Shown here: positions 1-30,325 of the stretch, piece by piece
Layout of the letters: every line of letters begins with the position of its first letter
Position numbering within the stretch: position 1 is the first letter of the stretch
Origin: Eledone cirrhosa
Lineage: Eukaryota
Length of the DNA stretch: 64,000 bases
Assembly: GCA_964016885.1 (NCBI GenBank)
Contig: OZ024751.1
Span: 10,416,001 to 10,480,000, forward strand
Direction: 5' to 3'
Translations under genes and position numbers: made by a program
Notes under the pieces: generated by a model
Seen by the model: the letters and a program-made list of their open reading frames with translations, nothing else
What the model was told of the DNA's origin: nothing
The model's database searches: none

Positions 1-240
1 TGTAGTGTGCAGGCGTGAAGACTGCACTGGTAAGGCCATATATGCGTATGAAGGGTGAGTATCGGGTGAAGAGGTAGCAAGAAATTCCAGTGGAAGGGAA
101 CTGTGGTAGAGGAAGACCAAGAAAGATTTGAGCAGAGGTTGTCAGAGCTGATCTGAAATCACTGAATCTCACAGAGAAAACAAATGACTGAGACAACTGA
201 AGAGATGCTGTGCTGGAAAGAACCCATCCAACCCATGCAG
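1..240 (+). mobile_element. RTE 3'-end fragment
   Basis: Degenerate RRRLHW.GH..RM / RGRPRK.W coding remnant plus the cccatccaacccatgc tail seen in other copies. Confidence 0.75.
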
Positions 241-368
241 TCATGATAGTTTAATAACCAAAAACTGTGATGATAGTTTAATAACCAAACTACCTGAAAC
301 TGCATGTGATTCTATGATGTGAAAAATGTTTATTCATATTTCATATTTAACCCTTTAACATTTACATT

Positions 369-3098
369 AATAAATTTCAAAGCATATTACTTGACGCTTT
401 CGACAGTAAGGAAGAGCAATTAGAGTCGTATAATATAGAGGAACAGTGGGAATTCCTGAGAGCAAACCTGCTGACGGCGGCAGACGAAGTCTGTGGCTGG
501 AGCAGGCCTGTAGGTAGGAGGAGAGTAACATGGTGGTGGAACAGTAAGGTGGAGGAGTCAATTAAGGCCAAAAAGCAGGCTTGGAAAGTATGGCGGGATG
601 GGGGAAGTAGAGAAGACTATCAAGTGGCCAGGAGGGAAGCTAGGAGACAAGTGTACTTTGCAAGAAGGGAAGCATAGGAAAGAAAGTTCAAGCATGTTCT
701 ACAACGTGAGGACCAAAAACGTGAGGTGTTCAGGATTGCCAGGCAATGTGTCAAGGAAAACCGTGATATTGTCGGGGAGAAGTGTGTACTTAACGATGAT
801 GGCATACTTGCCATCACCGACGCTGATAAGAAGGTAGCTTGGAAGTGTCACTACGAAAGGCTTCTAAATGAGGAGAACAAATGGGAGAAAGACAGTCTCC
901 CCCAGATCGATCCAATAGAGGGACCAGCAGTGTTAGTTGAAGGTAGTATAATAAGTAAGGCAATCAAAGATATGAAGACGGGTAAGGCGGCTGGGCCTTC
1001 GGAAATAGTTGCTGAGATGCTGAAGGCATCTGGTTCGGTGGGACACACCATGGTCACCCGGATAGTTAACCAAGTCGTACAGAATGGGGTTGTTCCGAAG
1101 GAATGGCGTAGCAGCATCATCGTTAACTGCTATAAGGGAAAAGGAGATGCCCTAGATAGGAGTAACTATAGAGGCATTAAATTAATCGACCAGGTCATGA
1201 AGGTCACGGAAAAAGTAATAGCGCAACTAATCAGAGAGAGAATTGATCTAGATGAAATGCAGTTCGGGTTTGTGTCAGGCAAAAGTACCACAGACGCTCT
1301 TTTCATTGTACGACAACTACAGGAGAAGTACCTAGCTAAAAGTAAACCCCTATACTTAGCTTTCGTCGACTTGGAGAAAGCCTTCGACAGAGTCCCCCGT
1401 TCCATTATCTGGTGGTCTCTTAGAAAACTAGGTGTTGACGAATGGCTTGTGAGAGCTATACAAGCCATGTATAAAGAAACAGTCAGTAAGGTTAGAATTA
1501 ACAACGAATATAGTGAAGAGTTTAGCGTAAAAGTTGGTGTCCATCAGGGCTCTGTTCTTAGCCCCCTACTATTTATTATTGCCCTTCAGGCTATAACAGA
1601 GGAGTTCAAGACCGGCTGCCCATGGGAACTCCTATACGCAGATGATCTAACGCTCATAGCTGAATCAATGACCGAACTAGAGAAGAAATTCCAAACGTGG
1701 AAGCACGGCCTAGAATCAAAAGGCCTTAAAATTAACCTGGCTAAGACTAAAGTTCTAGTTTGTAGGAAAGAAAATAAGGCGGCGGTCCCATCGGGGAAAT
1801 GGCCATGCTCAGTGTGTAGGAAAGGCGTAGGTAGAAACTCCATTTTATGTCCCAAATGCAAAGTATGGGTGCATAAAAGATGTAGTGGGATCACAGGTAA
1901 GCTAACTAAGAACATAGATTTTACATGTGGCCGGTGCTCTGGTGCAATAAGTAGCAGCAAGTGCCCACAAAATACTAGCTCCTTCAACTGCGCAGAGGGT
2001 TCTATAGAAATAGTGGACAGCTTCCGTTATCTGGGTGACAAAATCAGCAGTGGGGGAGGGTGCTCTGAAAGTACAGTAGCTAGAGTCAGAACTGGATGGA
2101 AAAAGTTCAGAGAGCTTATACCACTATTAGCCGCTAGAGGGTTCTCCCTAAAAATGAAAGGCAGGTTATACGATGCCTGCATACGAACAGCAATGCTGCA
2201 TGGCAGTGAGACCTGGGCATTGTGTGCAGAGGATATACGCAGACTAGAGAGGAACGAAGCTTGCATGCTCCGCTGGATGTGCAATAGTAATATACGTGAA
2301 CGGCAAAGCATAAACGAACTAAGGAAAAAATTAGAAATAAGAGGGATCAGATGTTGTTTACTCGAGAGAAGGCTACGTTGGTACGGTCACGTGATGCGCA
2401 TGAAAGACGACAGCTGTATAACAAAGTGCAGGGTAATAAAGATAGACGGTAGCCACGGAGTAGGCAGACCCAGAAAAACATGGGACGAGCTGATAAATTC
2501 CGACCTCACACGCTTACACCTCTCCAAGACAATGTCACTGGACCGAGACCTTTGGCGGTACTCAGTAATAGAGAAGACCCGCCTTACCTAAATACAAAGT
2601 AAAAACCTACTACAGTCAGTAGGCATCTCTATCAAAACACACCCCCGTCCCACCACCTCCACCCCACCCACACCGCCCCTTTCAATGTAAAGTTATGTTG
2701 GTCCCACAACATCCAGGCCGAAACAAATGAGATCGTGTAGGTGTCACGACAAAAAACACAGTCCACGCTGTAAATGTGGCCGTGTAGGCAACACGGTAAA
2801 AACCTCCCAGCCCCACACTGTAAATGTGGTTGGTGTTAGGAAGGGCATCCAGCTGTAGAAAACCCGCCAGACAGTCCACGCTGTAATGTGGCCGTGTAGG
2901 CAACACGGTAAAAACCTCCCAGCCCCACACTGTAAATGTGGTTGGTGTTAGGAAGGGCATCCAACTGTAGAAAACCCGCCAGACAGTCCTATGCGAGCAA
3001 GACAACCACTCTTGCCTCAAGTGGGAAAACCCCCGTCCAAACCCATGCAAGCGTGGAACACGGACGCTAAACCTGATGATGATGATGATGATGATGAT
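369..3098 (+). mobile_element. RTE-clade LINE, 5'-truncated (no APE endonuclease), near-intact RT, (GAT)n tail
   Basis: Frame open from 369 with one in-frame TAG at 675-677, then ORF to 2591 with [50 protein letters not shown]. The 3' UTR has a tandem ~110-bp duplication. Confidence 0.95.
726..2591 (+). CDS. RTE reverse transcriptase ORF (621 aa) with internal PHD-type C4HC3 finger
   Basis: Full set of RT motifs; CSVC...CPKC..WVHKRC...CGRC lies between YADD and YLG. Confidence 0.9.
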   Translation: MFRIARQCVKENRDIVGEKCVLNDDGILAITDADKKVAWKCHYERLLNEENKWEKDSLPQIDPIEGPAVLVEGSIISKAIKDMKTGKAAGPSEIVAEMLKASGSVGHTMVTRIVNQVVQNGVVPKEWRSSIIVNCYKGKGDALDRSNYRGIKLIDQVMKVTEKVIAQLIRERIDLDEMQFGFVSGKSTTDALFIVRQLQEKYLAKSKPLYLAFVDLEKAFDRVPRSIIWWSLRKLGVDEWLVRAIQAMYKETVSKVRINNEYSEEFSVKVGVHQGSVLSPLLFIIALQAITEEFKTGCPWELLYADDLTLIAESMTELEKKFQTWKHGLESKGLKINLAKTKVLVCRKENKAAVPSGKWPCSVCRKGVGRNSILCPKCKVWVHKRCSGITGKLTKNIDFTCGRCSGAISSSKCPQNTSSFNCAEGSIEIVDSFRYLGDKISSGGGCSESTVARVRTGWKKFRELIPLLAARGFSLKMKGRLYDACIRTAMLHGSETWALCAEDIRRLERNEACMLRWMCNSNIRERQSINELRKKLEIRGIRCCLLERRLRWYGHVMRMKDDSCITKCRVIKIDGSHGVGRPRKTWDELINSDLTRLHLSKTMSLDRDLWRYSVIEKTRLT

Positions 3099-4437
3099 TA
3101 TTCTATATATACTATTGTATTTTTATGGTAAAGGTTTTTACCTTACATAATTATCCCACATAATATCAAATCTATAAGATTTTGATATTATTTTGAGAAC
3201 AATACCTTAACATCAGTATGAGTGGCTGGTTACAACCAGTTTGAACAGAAAGAGGAGAGAGAATTCTGGCCGGATATGCCATTTAACTCTTTAATATTTA
3301 CTATTATATTTTTGGGGTAAAGGCTTTACCTCACATAATATCGATTCTATGAGATTTTGATATTTATTTTGAAAACAGTACCTTAACATCAATATGAACA
3401 GTCAGTTACAGCTGGTTTGAACAGAAAGAAGTGAGAGAATTCTGGTCGGATACAGCCGGTTTAAATGCTAATTTTATGCAAGAACTTTTGTTAAGTTATG
3501 TTCCAAACTCCAACTTAAGGAGAAGTTAGTTATTTTACTAAATCCTTCCAAAGCATTGATTCTTTTCAAAATTATTTGTAACAGATAGGCAGTGTGATGA
3601 TTTCATATGAATGAAACAGTTCTAATCCTGTAAAAGCCTTTTGTATATAAATCTACACGTGTATCATCATCATCATCATCATCATCATTTTACATCCGCT
3701 TTTCCCTGCTTGCAAGGGTGGGACGGGAACTGATTCTGGCTTGATTTCTACAGCTAGATGCTCTTCCTAACACCAACCTCATTTACAGTGAGTGCTGGGT
3801 GCTTTTTTGCCGTGGTGCCTACACATCCACTTTACAGTGTGGGCTGGGTGATTTTTTGCTGTGGCACATCCACGACCACTCATCTCATTTCTACAGCTGT
3901 GTAAACTGGAGCAATGTGAAATAAAGTGTCTTGTTCAAGGAAACAACACATCTCCCGGTCCAAAAATTGAACTCACAACCTTTCGATTGCAAGCCCAATG
4001 CTCTAACCACTAAGCCATGTGCCTTCATATATGTGTGTGTGTGCGCGTGCATGTGTGTGTGTCTGATGGTAGCTAAGATGCTTCCATAGGCGGTATGCCG
4101 GTTGAGCACTCTATGCTCTCACAGAGCATAGTATGATAGAATAGAAAACGAAAAATCAGTGATGTATCTGAACTCAATTTATTATGTGTTACAATTGTTT
4201 CCCCGGTGAACAGCTCAAGACGCGATCACAGTGAGAGAATATGCTCCGAAATCATTAGAGGTGTTCGTCGAACCTGCGGGTCCAGAATCACATAGATGCA
4301 CACAAGGATCGCATCTCCAGCTGTCCGCCAGGGAAGCAATTGTAACAATAAATTGAGTTCAGATGCATCACTGATTTTTCATTTTCTATTCTATATATAT
4401 ATAAGCTTTCAAAGAGTTTTATAAGCCAGTTACTTAC

Positions 4438-23221
<18,784 letters not shown>

Positions 23222-23490
23222 GTTACAATCACAAAAATATATAAATAAATGTTTATGCGTGACAGTCTAACCCCAACATCCGGTTCAATAATTTACTCGA
23301 TTATATCTTTATACATACATCTAAAACCTTTATAATAAATACATCTAAATACATCATAATATAAATTTTTATTATTTATAAACATCACATAAATATATAT
23401 TTATAGATATAGAAATAAATATTTGAAGATGAATATTTTAGTTAAACTATAGAATTATTCACTGCGAAAAGGAGTGGTGGAGGAACCAAG
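23222..23490. promoter_or_regulatory. Putative bidirectional promoter ASZ1/NDUFA12
   Basis: 269 bp between divergent ATGs, free of recognisable TEs; YY1-like CAAGATGGC overlaps the NDUFA12 ATG. Confidence 0.7.
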
Positions 23491-23579
23491 ATGGCTAAGT
23501 ATTTACAGAAGTTTTCCACTGCTCTTCGGATTTTGAAGGAAAATGGAGGTTTAAAGGAGTCATTCATGGTTTTTTATCG
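23491..23579 (+). CDS. NDUFA12: NDUFA12 exon 1
   Basis: MAKYLQKFSTALRILKENGGLKESFMVFY; GTAAG donor. Confidence 0.9.
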
Positions 23580-24395
23580 GTAAGAACAAAATAAATACAA
23601 CATCATTTCATCATTTGTTTAAATTTATGGAGAAAGTCTTCTAATACTTCGTTAAATTACTTTCATGTCATGTATGTTTATATAGATTAGACTTCACCTT
23701 AAAAACACACAAGGACACGTTAGATAATGTAGTCTTAGGTGATCTGTGGATGATAATCACACCAGGAATTCCTATGATCTTAGGCCTGCTTCATCATAGT
23801 TAACCTGAGGTTAAACAATAAAAACTCGAAATGGAATATTTATATATATTATATATACACAGTGTCCGCTGTTTTTGGTTTGTTGAAGGTTAACAAAAAG
23901 TTAGCAAAAGCCAAGAAAACAAACAGACGATTTATTCATTTCATGTAAACATTTTGTTATATAGATCTTGGTTTTAGTAGGTGATACATTTTAACAAACT
24001 TCTCTCTCGTCCGTTTTTAAAAGACTTTGGTGTAGTGAAGGTCAATGTTTTTAGAACATCGTCGTCTGCTTCAAGGAAATTATCATCATCATCATCATTT
24101 TACGTCCGCTTTTCCCTGCTTGCAAGGGTGGGACGGGAACTGATTCTCGCTTGATTTCTACAGCTGGATGCCCTTCCTAACACCAACCTCATTTACAGTG
24201 AGTGCTGGATGCTTTTTTGCCGTGGCACCTCCACGTCCACTTTGCAGTGGAATGATAGGGACCCCAGTCCCTATCATCTCATTTCTACAGCTGAGTAAAC
24301 TGGAGCAATGTGAAATAAAGTGTCTTGCTCAAGGAAACAACACATCACCCGGTCTGAGAATTGAACTCACAATCTTTCGGTTGCAAGGCCAATGC

Positions 24396-24447
<52 letters not shown>

Positions 24448-24724
24448 TTTACGTATCGAGAAAGAGAAAAAAAGGGGGGATAGGTGATACATATAGTTAT
24501 TTGCCAAGTAGCATATATATATATATATAGGAACGAGTAGGACCCCGACGCTCGGCTATTCATATACCAGGATAAAAATTTTCATTTAGTCCAGAATTAG
24601 CCGTCGAAACGGCTTGAGCTCAGCCGTCGGGGTCCTACTCGTTCCTATTACCCACTGTACTACCCTAAGTATTGAGTACTTTGGTGCGTTATGGTCAACC
24701 TGCTTCCTTACCACATTTCCTTCG

Positions 24725-24776
<52 letters not shown>

Positions 24777-24858
24777 TTCCTCCTCCAAGCGTGAAACTAA
24801 TACACTTCATGTTATTGCATCCTCTTGTTTGTTCGTTTCATGTTTCCTTCACACACAC

Positions 24859-24922
<64 letters not shown>

Positions 24923-27900
24923 CCGCACATACATCGGTCAATAATTAAACATGTTTTATATGTTGTATATAATTGATCTTGATGATTTCTCTATAGAGCT
25001 ATTGCAAGGAATATTTTTAAAGAGTGAAACATATGTAGATCAAATAAATAATCTATTAATTATTGAACCTTGGTGATCTATTTCTCTCTCCCACCCTGTC
25101 AGCAATGAAACCGTGTCTCTAACCCTCCCTAACTATTCTTTCAATGTTATTTCATATTCTTAATCTTCTCTAGAACTGATGATTTGAAAACTGGTACATT
25201 GATTGGAGAAGATGAATTTGGTAACAAATATTTTCAAAACAAAAAGTATTTCTTTGGTGAGTTTAGCTCAGATTATTCTATTTTATTATTATTTGGATTA
25301 GCAGTATCGGTAGAGAGTCGGACACCATGCTTTGAAGCATAGAGTTACGTCCCTTTATGATCTTAGGTCAACATCCCGCCGAGGTTAACTTTGCCTTTCA
25401 TCCTTACGTGGTCGATAAAATAAAGTACCAGTAATGTACTGGGTAATTGCTGGCCTTGTGCCTAAAATAGAAACAATTATTATTATGATCATAAGATCGC
25501 AGGTTCGATTCCTCAACTAGGTGGTACATTATGTGCTTGAGCAAGACACTTCATTTCATGATAGGACTAGGGTCCTTATTAAAACATCTAAGAAACCCCC
25601 TATAAGAGACAACTTTGTCGGCAGCTAGCTAAATCTACGTAGGTGTGAGCTGTAAATTTAATTTAATTTAAAACATTTTTTTTCTCCAGATTGTTATGTG
25701 TTAGTCTAGCTCTTATGGTGTCACTGATAACTTAGTCTATGTTGAGGGATTCATTCTACACTGGGGAAGGGCTTAGTACCCACAACTTTCTGGTGGATAT
25801 GAAGTCTATCTGGCCTATTGATTGTGTGTGTGTATATATCTTATTAATTAACTGTAATATAATTGTGCTAGTGACAAGATGAAAAAGTATCCTGTCCAAC
25901 CTGACAGTTGATCATTTTGGTGCCACGATACAAAGCACCCAGTCTATGCTGAAAATATAGTTGGCATTTAGAAGGGCATCCAGCCATAGAAACTAAGCTA
26001 GAAACAGTTCTGAATGAGCAAGACATGATCACCTGATCTGACTTGTCTCACAATGGGACATCTTGTCTAATCCATGCTAGCATTGAAACTGGACGTTAAA
26101 CGGTGATAATGATGAAGTAAATGATTTTGCACATATGACTAATAATATGATTGATAGAAGTGGCAAAAACCAGCTCTGATTCTATGAAATAAAACCACCC
26201 ATTTTAAAGGTTTCCAATTTAAATTAAAATCTTCCAACATAATTCTATATAAGAACTCTACATTAAGTTACTATCTTAGTAAGGAAATAATTTAGTAACT
26301 TTAGTGAATCCCTTGAAATTCTTCATTAATTAATTAAAATAGAGTGTATTTCATTAGGAATATAATCATGAAATAGATCAATAGATGCATTCTATTAACT
26401 TTGTAAATTTAAAATGTCTTTCTTTCTGTTACATCAGGACGAAGTCGCTGGGTGATTTACAACAAGAAATTCAATGTTGATTATGATAGTAGCATGATAC
26501 CAGCTGCCTGGTATGTATATATATATATTCTCTTCTCCTCGTCCTCTCCTTTTCCTCCTTAATATCTAAGTCCCCACCCCCTAAAAAAAATCTATAAATA
26601 CTAAGCTTGACCAATTTTATCTGACATTCCTAATAATTTCATACAAATGAAACAGTTTTCGTCCTGTAGAAGTAATTTCTGTGTAAAATATATGAACAAG
26701 ACATGGTCGCCTGACCCGACTTGACTCAAATTGGACAACCTGTCTAACCCATGCTTGCATGGAAAATGGACATTATACAATGATGATGCTTCTCCTCTAC
26801 TAACAAATAGAATATCTTATTTAACCATGGCCTCTTTCTGATCCACTTCATTTAACCATCTTTAATTATATATATATAATTTAGAATAAATTGTTTTCAA
26901 ATATGAAAACACTGTTGTCCACAATATGTATCTGTATGATTCTTCAGGGGAATAGGAGGTTGATTATATGTACAAACATTATTAATAATACTCTGAAGAC
27001 TCCAAGCCTAGGCTTGGAAGAAACAATTGTCAGCAATTAAATGTTCTAACATAGCTTTGATTCTTGTGTATTCTATATTACTGCTCTGTATAACAAATGA
27101 TGTTCTTACATTGAGTTATTTTATCTTACTGGTAATAAGGTAGTAATAAATTACTGACCTTCTCTGTTTATAGTTGTATATAGTATAATATATACATAAC
27201 TATAAATAGTATCCTTAATATTATATATATATATATATATTTAATATAAGATCAAAAGATGGTTAAAAGAGTTCCAAGTATTTTATTATGTGCATTTCAA
27301 AAACAAATATCATCATGAGATGATATCTGCGTTTTCATCAGATAAAATAGAAATACATGATATGAAGGTTAAAAAACACTTGTGAATAGTGAAGTTTTAA
27401 ATCAACATATGAAAAATAATTTAAGATTGATGTGTGATATTGGGAAAAAGTGAGGGTGGGGTGGGGGTGGAAAAGGTAAGGAAGAGGAGGAGATGAGAGT
27501 AAAGAATGGTGGGGGAGGAGTATAAGAAGGAAGGATGAGAGAGGAGGAGAGATGGGTGATAGAGAGAGAGAGATAGCCTTTACAACTGAGAAAAATATAT
27601 GTTGTCTCACAGAGAGAAGTTAAAAAGCCGTTGGAAGATAATAGATAATTTAAAAGAATTTGAAATTAAAAGTTGATGAAGAGAAAAAGGGGTTAAGAAT
27701 AATATTAAATTAAGGTTTGTATATTGAAGGGTTTAATAATATGTGCGAGGAAAAGAAATTGTTAATATGTATTATTAAAATAAAAATATTAATGTTATTA
27801 AGGCTATAATGTGAAAAGAAGTAGAAGAATGGATGAGTTATGAATTTAGAGGAATTAGTTAGTGTTTAAGTTTGTTTTTATGTAATGTAATATGTGTGCA

Positions 27901-29648
27901 TAATATATGTACGTAAATAGTTTGTTTAAAAATGAGCGCAGAGAGCAAAGAAGAAAAGAATGTTTAAGGAAGAAAATATCTAACATCAAAAAATATATAT
28001 GTTTACGAAATATTTTCTAATGGTAATAATATAATATATTAAAAGAAATTAGTTAGGGTTTAAGTTTGTTTTTATGTATTGGAGTATGTAAAAGTCAAAC
28101 AAGCATGAAAGGAAGAGATAAGGAATTTAAGGAAGAAAAATCTAACGTAAAAAAAAATGTTTATGTTTACGAAGGACTATTAAAGGTAATACTATAATGT
28201 ATTAAAAAGATAATAATAATTTTTATGGCCAATGATATGAAGAAAGATGGAAGAATGGATAATGTTGTGGTGAGTAATAATAAGAATTGAGAAGTAGTTA
28301 GGAAGAAAAAGTACAGATTAGAGGTTAGAAATTAAAAAGAAAAAAGAAAAGAGGAAGAAAGGAAAGTGATAAAGAGGAATGATATAGAATGAGTAACTTG
28401 TATTATATAATATATAATAAATAATATTGAAATAAGGTAGAAAGATGGGTATATTTAAAAAAAATATATAAGCCTTTGAGAAAAAGGATTTTAAATTAGT
28501 AAGGTATTAGATATTAGCTGTATACTTTATGGAATGTTCTGTGGAATTTATGCAAGCAGAGAGAAAATAAATCAGTGCGTCTATTTATTATAGAATTTAA
28601 ATTAGATATAATGGTAAATTTCTCAGATAGGCAAAGGTTACATGTTCTGGATAGGGAGGCATTCAAGTAGGGAGAGGCAGAACAAACTTTCCTCCAAGAG
28701 ATGTTATAGTTAATATTTTTGTCTTTCAAGGACCATATGAGTTCTGAGAGTGCCATGTTAGTTCTTTTAAGTTGGTATTAAAAGACGAATTGTGATTATA
28801 AAATCTCGCTTTGAAGGAGGTGGAAGTGGAACCGAAATAGGTAAAGGAATTGGTATCAGTTATAACCTTACATTCATAGACTAAGTTTTTTTCAAGAGGA
28901 CATTTAGTTCTAACAGGGCAATTACAATTGCGATTAGAGAAATTAACAGAGTTATTAACAAGTGACCTAGTGTTATTTATAGGAGGAATTGGATTGGAGA
29001 AGTTATTTACGATAGGAATAATAGTTTCCTGATTTAGATTGGTATTATGAACATTCAACGATAAAACAAATAGTAGAAAGGAAAAAGATTCTTTCATTAG
29101 AAAATGTTGAAGAGATTTTTTTCAGTGAGATATCAAAACATTAATTTATTTACAATACCTGTTTCAGCATTATGTGCATTGCCAATTGTGGATATGCAGA
29201 ATATTGTTAAGTTGCATATTTATACAAATAGTGATAATAAAAATGAAATGAAAATAAAAAATAAAAAATTAATTTTCACATACATGTTCATTCAGAGAAG
29301 AGAGTTCATTTCTCTGTCCATCCTACTCTGCTTGCTATAAGCAAGGATCGACAGAATAATAGGTCCATTTATGTTGCCATCTCTATGTGTGAATACATTT
29401 TCTCTTATCGTTTTTCTTAGTATACAGCATATAGTCAATTGTATAAGTGCTACCTTAACCTATAATAAACCTTGTATTTTAGGCATCACTGGTTACACTA
29501 CATCGGGGATGAACCACCCACTGTCGTCCCTCCATATCACAAAAAATGGATGGCACCACACACGGAGAATCCTTCAGGAACATGTAAAGAATATGTACCA
29601 TATTCAACAACAAGGCCAAAAATAGAGAGCTGGATTCCTCCAAACTAA
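23491..29648 (+). CDS. NDUFA12: NADH:ubiquinone oxidoreductase subunit A12, 4 exons, 136 aa, complete
   Basis: Exons 23491-23579, 25174-25256, 26438-26510, 29483-29648 give ...[36 protein letters not shown]...YDSSMIPAAWHHWLHY...YVPYSTTRPKIESWIPPN*; AATAAA at 29701. Confidence 0.96.
25174..25256 (+). CDS. NDUFA12: NDUFA12 exon 2
   Basis: [14 protein letters not shown] signature. Confidence 0.95.
26438..26510 (+). CDS. NDUFA12: NDUFA12 exon 3
   Basis: GRSRWVIY...YDSSMIP signature. Confidence 0.95.
27330..29050 (-). mobile_element. Penelope-like element 3' fragment with frameshifted GIY-YIG (28514-28940), in NDUFA12 intron 3
   Basis: CNCPVRTKCPL..NLVYECKV...YFGSTSTSFKARFYNH / ALSELIWSLK...CNLCLSEK...NRRTDLFSLCLH. 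Confidence 0.85.
29483..29648 (+). CDS. NDUFA12: NDUFA12 exon 4 (terminal)
   Basis: WHHWLHY..D.PPT and YVPYSTT.PKI..W.PP; TAA at 29646-29648. Confidence 0.95.
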
Positions 29649-30159
29649 TAATTTCGACAGTTTTTAATTTCTCTTGTTTTGTTTAGTTTATAATTCTGAT
29701 AATAAAAGACGATGAATATTGCTAATAACATCAGTTGAAGATAGTGTTAATGGATTTTATTCTAGTTATTAATACAATTTATATATTTTTTAACAGTAAC
29801 AATAATAATAATTGTTTCTACTATTGGCACAAGGCCAGCAATTATCCCAGTACATTACTGGTACTTTATTTTATCGACCCCCGTAAGGATGAAAGGCAAA
29901 GTTAACCTCGGCAGGATTTGAACTCAGAATGGCAAGGGCTGTAACTCTACGTCAAAGCATGGTGTCCGACCTTCTACCGATACTGCCAATAATAATAATG
30001 ACAACTATAATGATGACAATAATAAAAAAAAGGGGGAAACAAAAGGAAAGAAAGAATAGGGAAATATAGAGAAAAAAGAGAGAAAGAAAGAACAGGAAGG
30101 GGAGGGGATGGCAAGAGCTCTGGTGTTGCAGAAGAGCGGGGAAGGGTGATTGAGCTTTG

Positions 30160-30325
30160 GGCCTAGTGTAAGAGGGCAGAAGTGCTGCACCCCATTGATA
30201 AGACAGCAAAAGCATTCCCACAGATGATGGCCATTGACAGGTGCTGCAACAGCCACCCAACCTCATGAGGCTCCCTCCTCAGATGGGCCACTGGCGTTCT
30301 GATCTTGAGGAGGAGCTCGGCTTTG
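30160..30325 (-). mobile_element. Second CRE-like C-terminal remnant
   Basis: REPHEVGWLLQHLSMAIICGNAFAVL. Confidence 0.55.

Noticed and set aside
851-2311. Minus-strand ORFs overlapping the RT
   Set aside because: Antisense shadows of the RTE ORF with no independent motifs.
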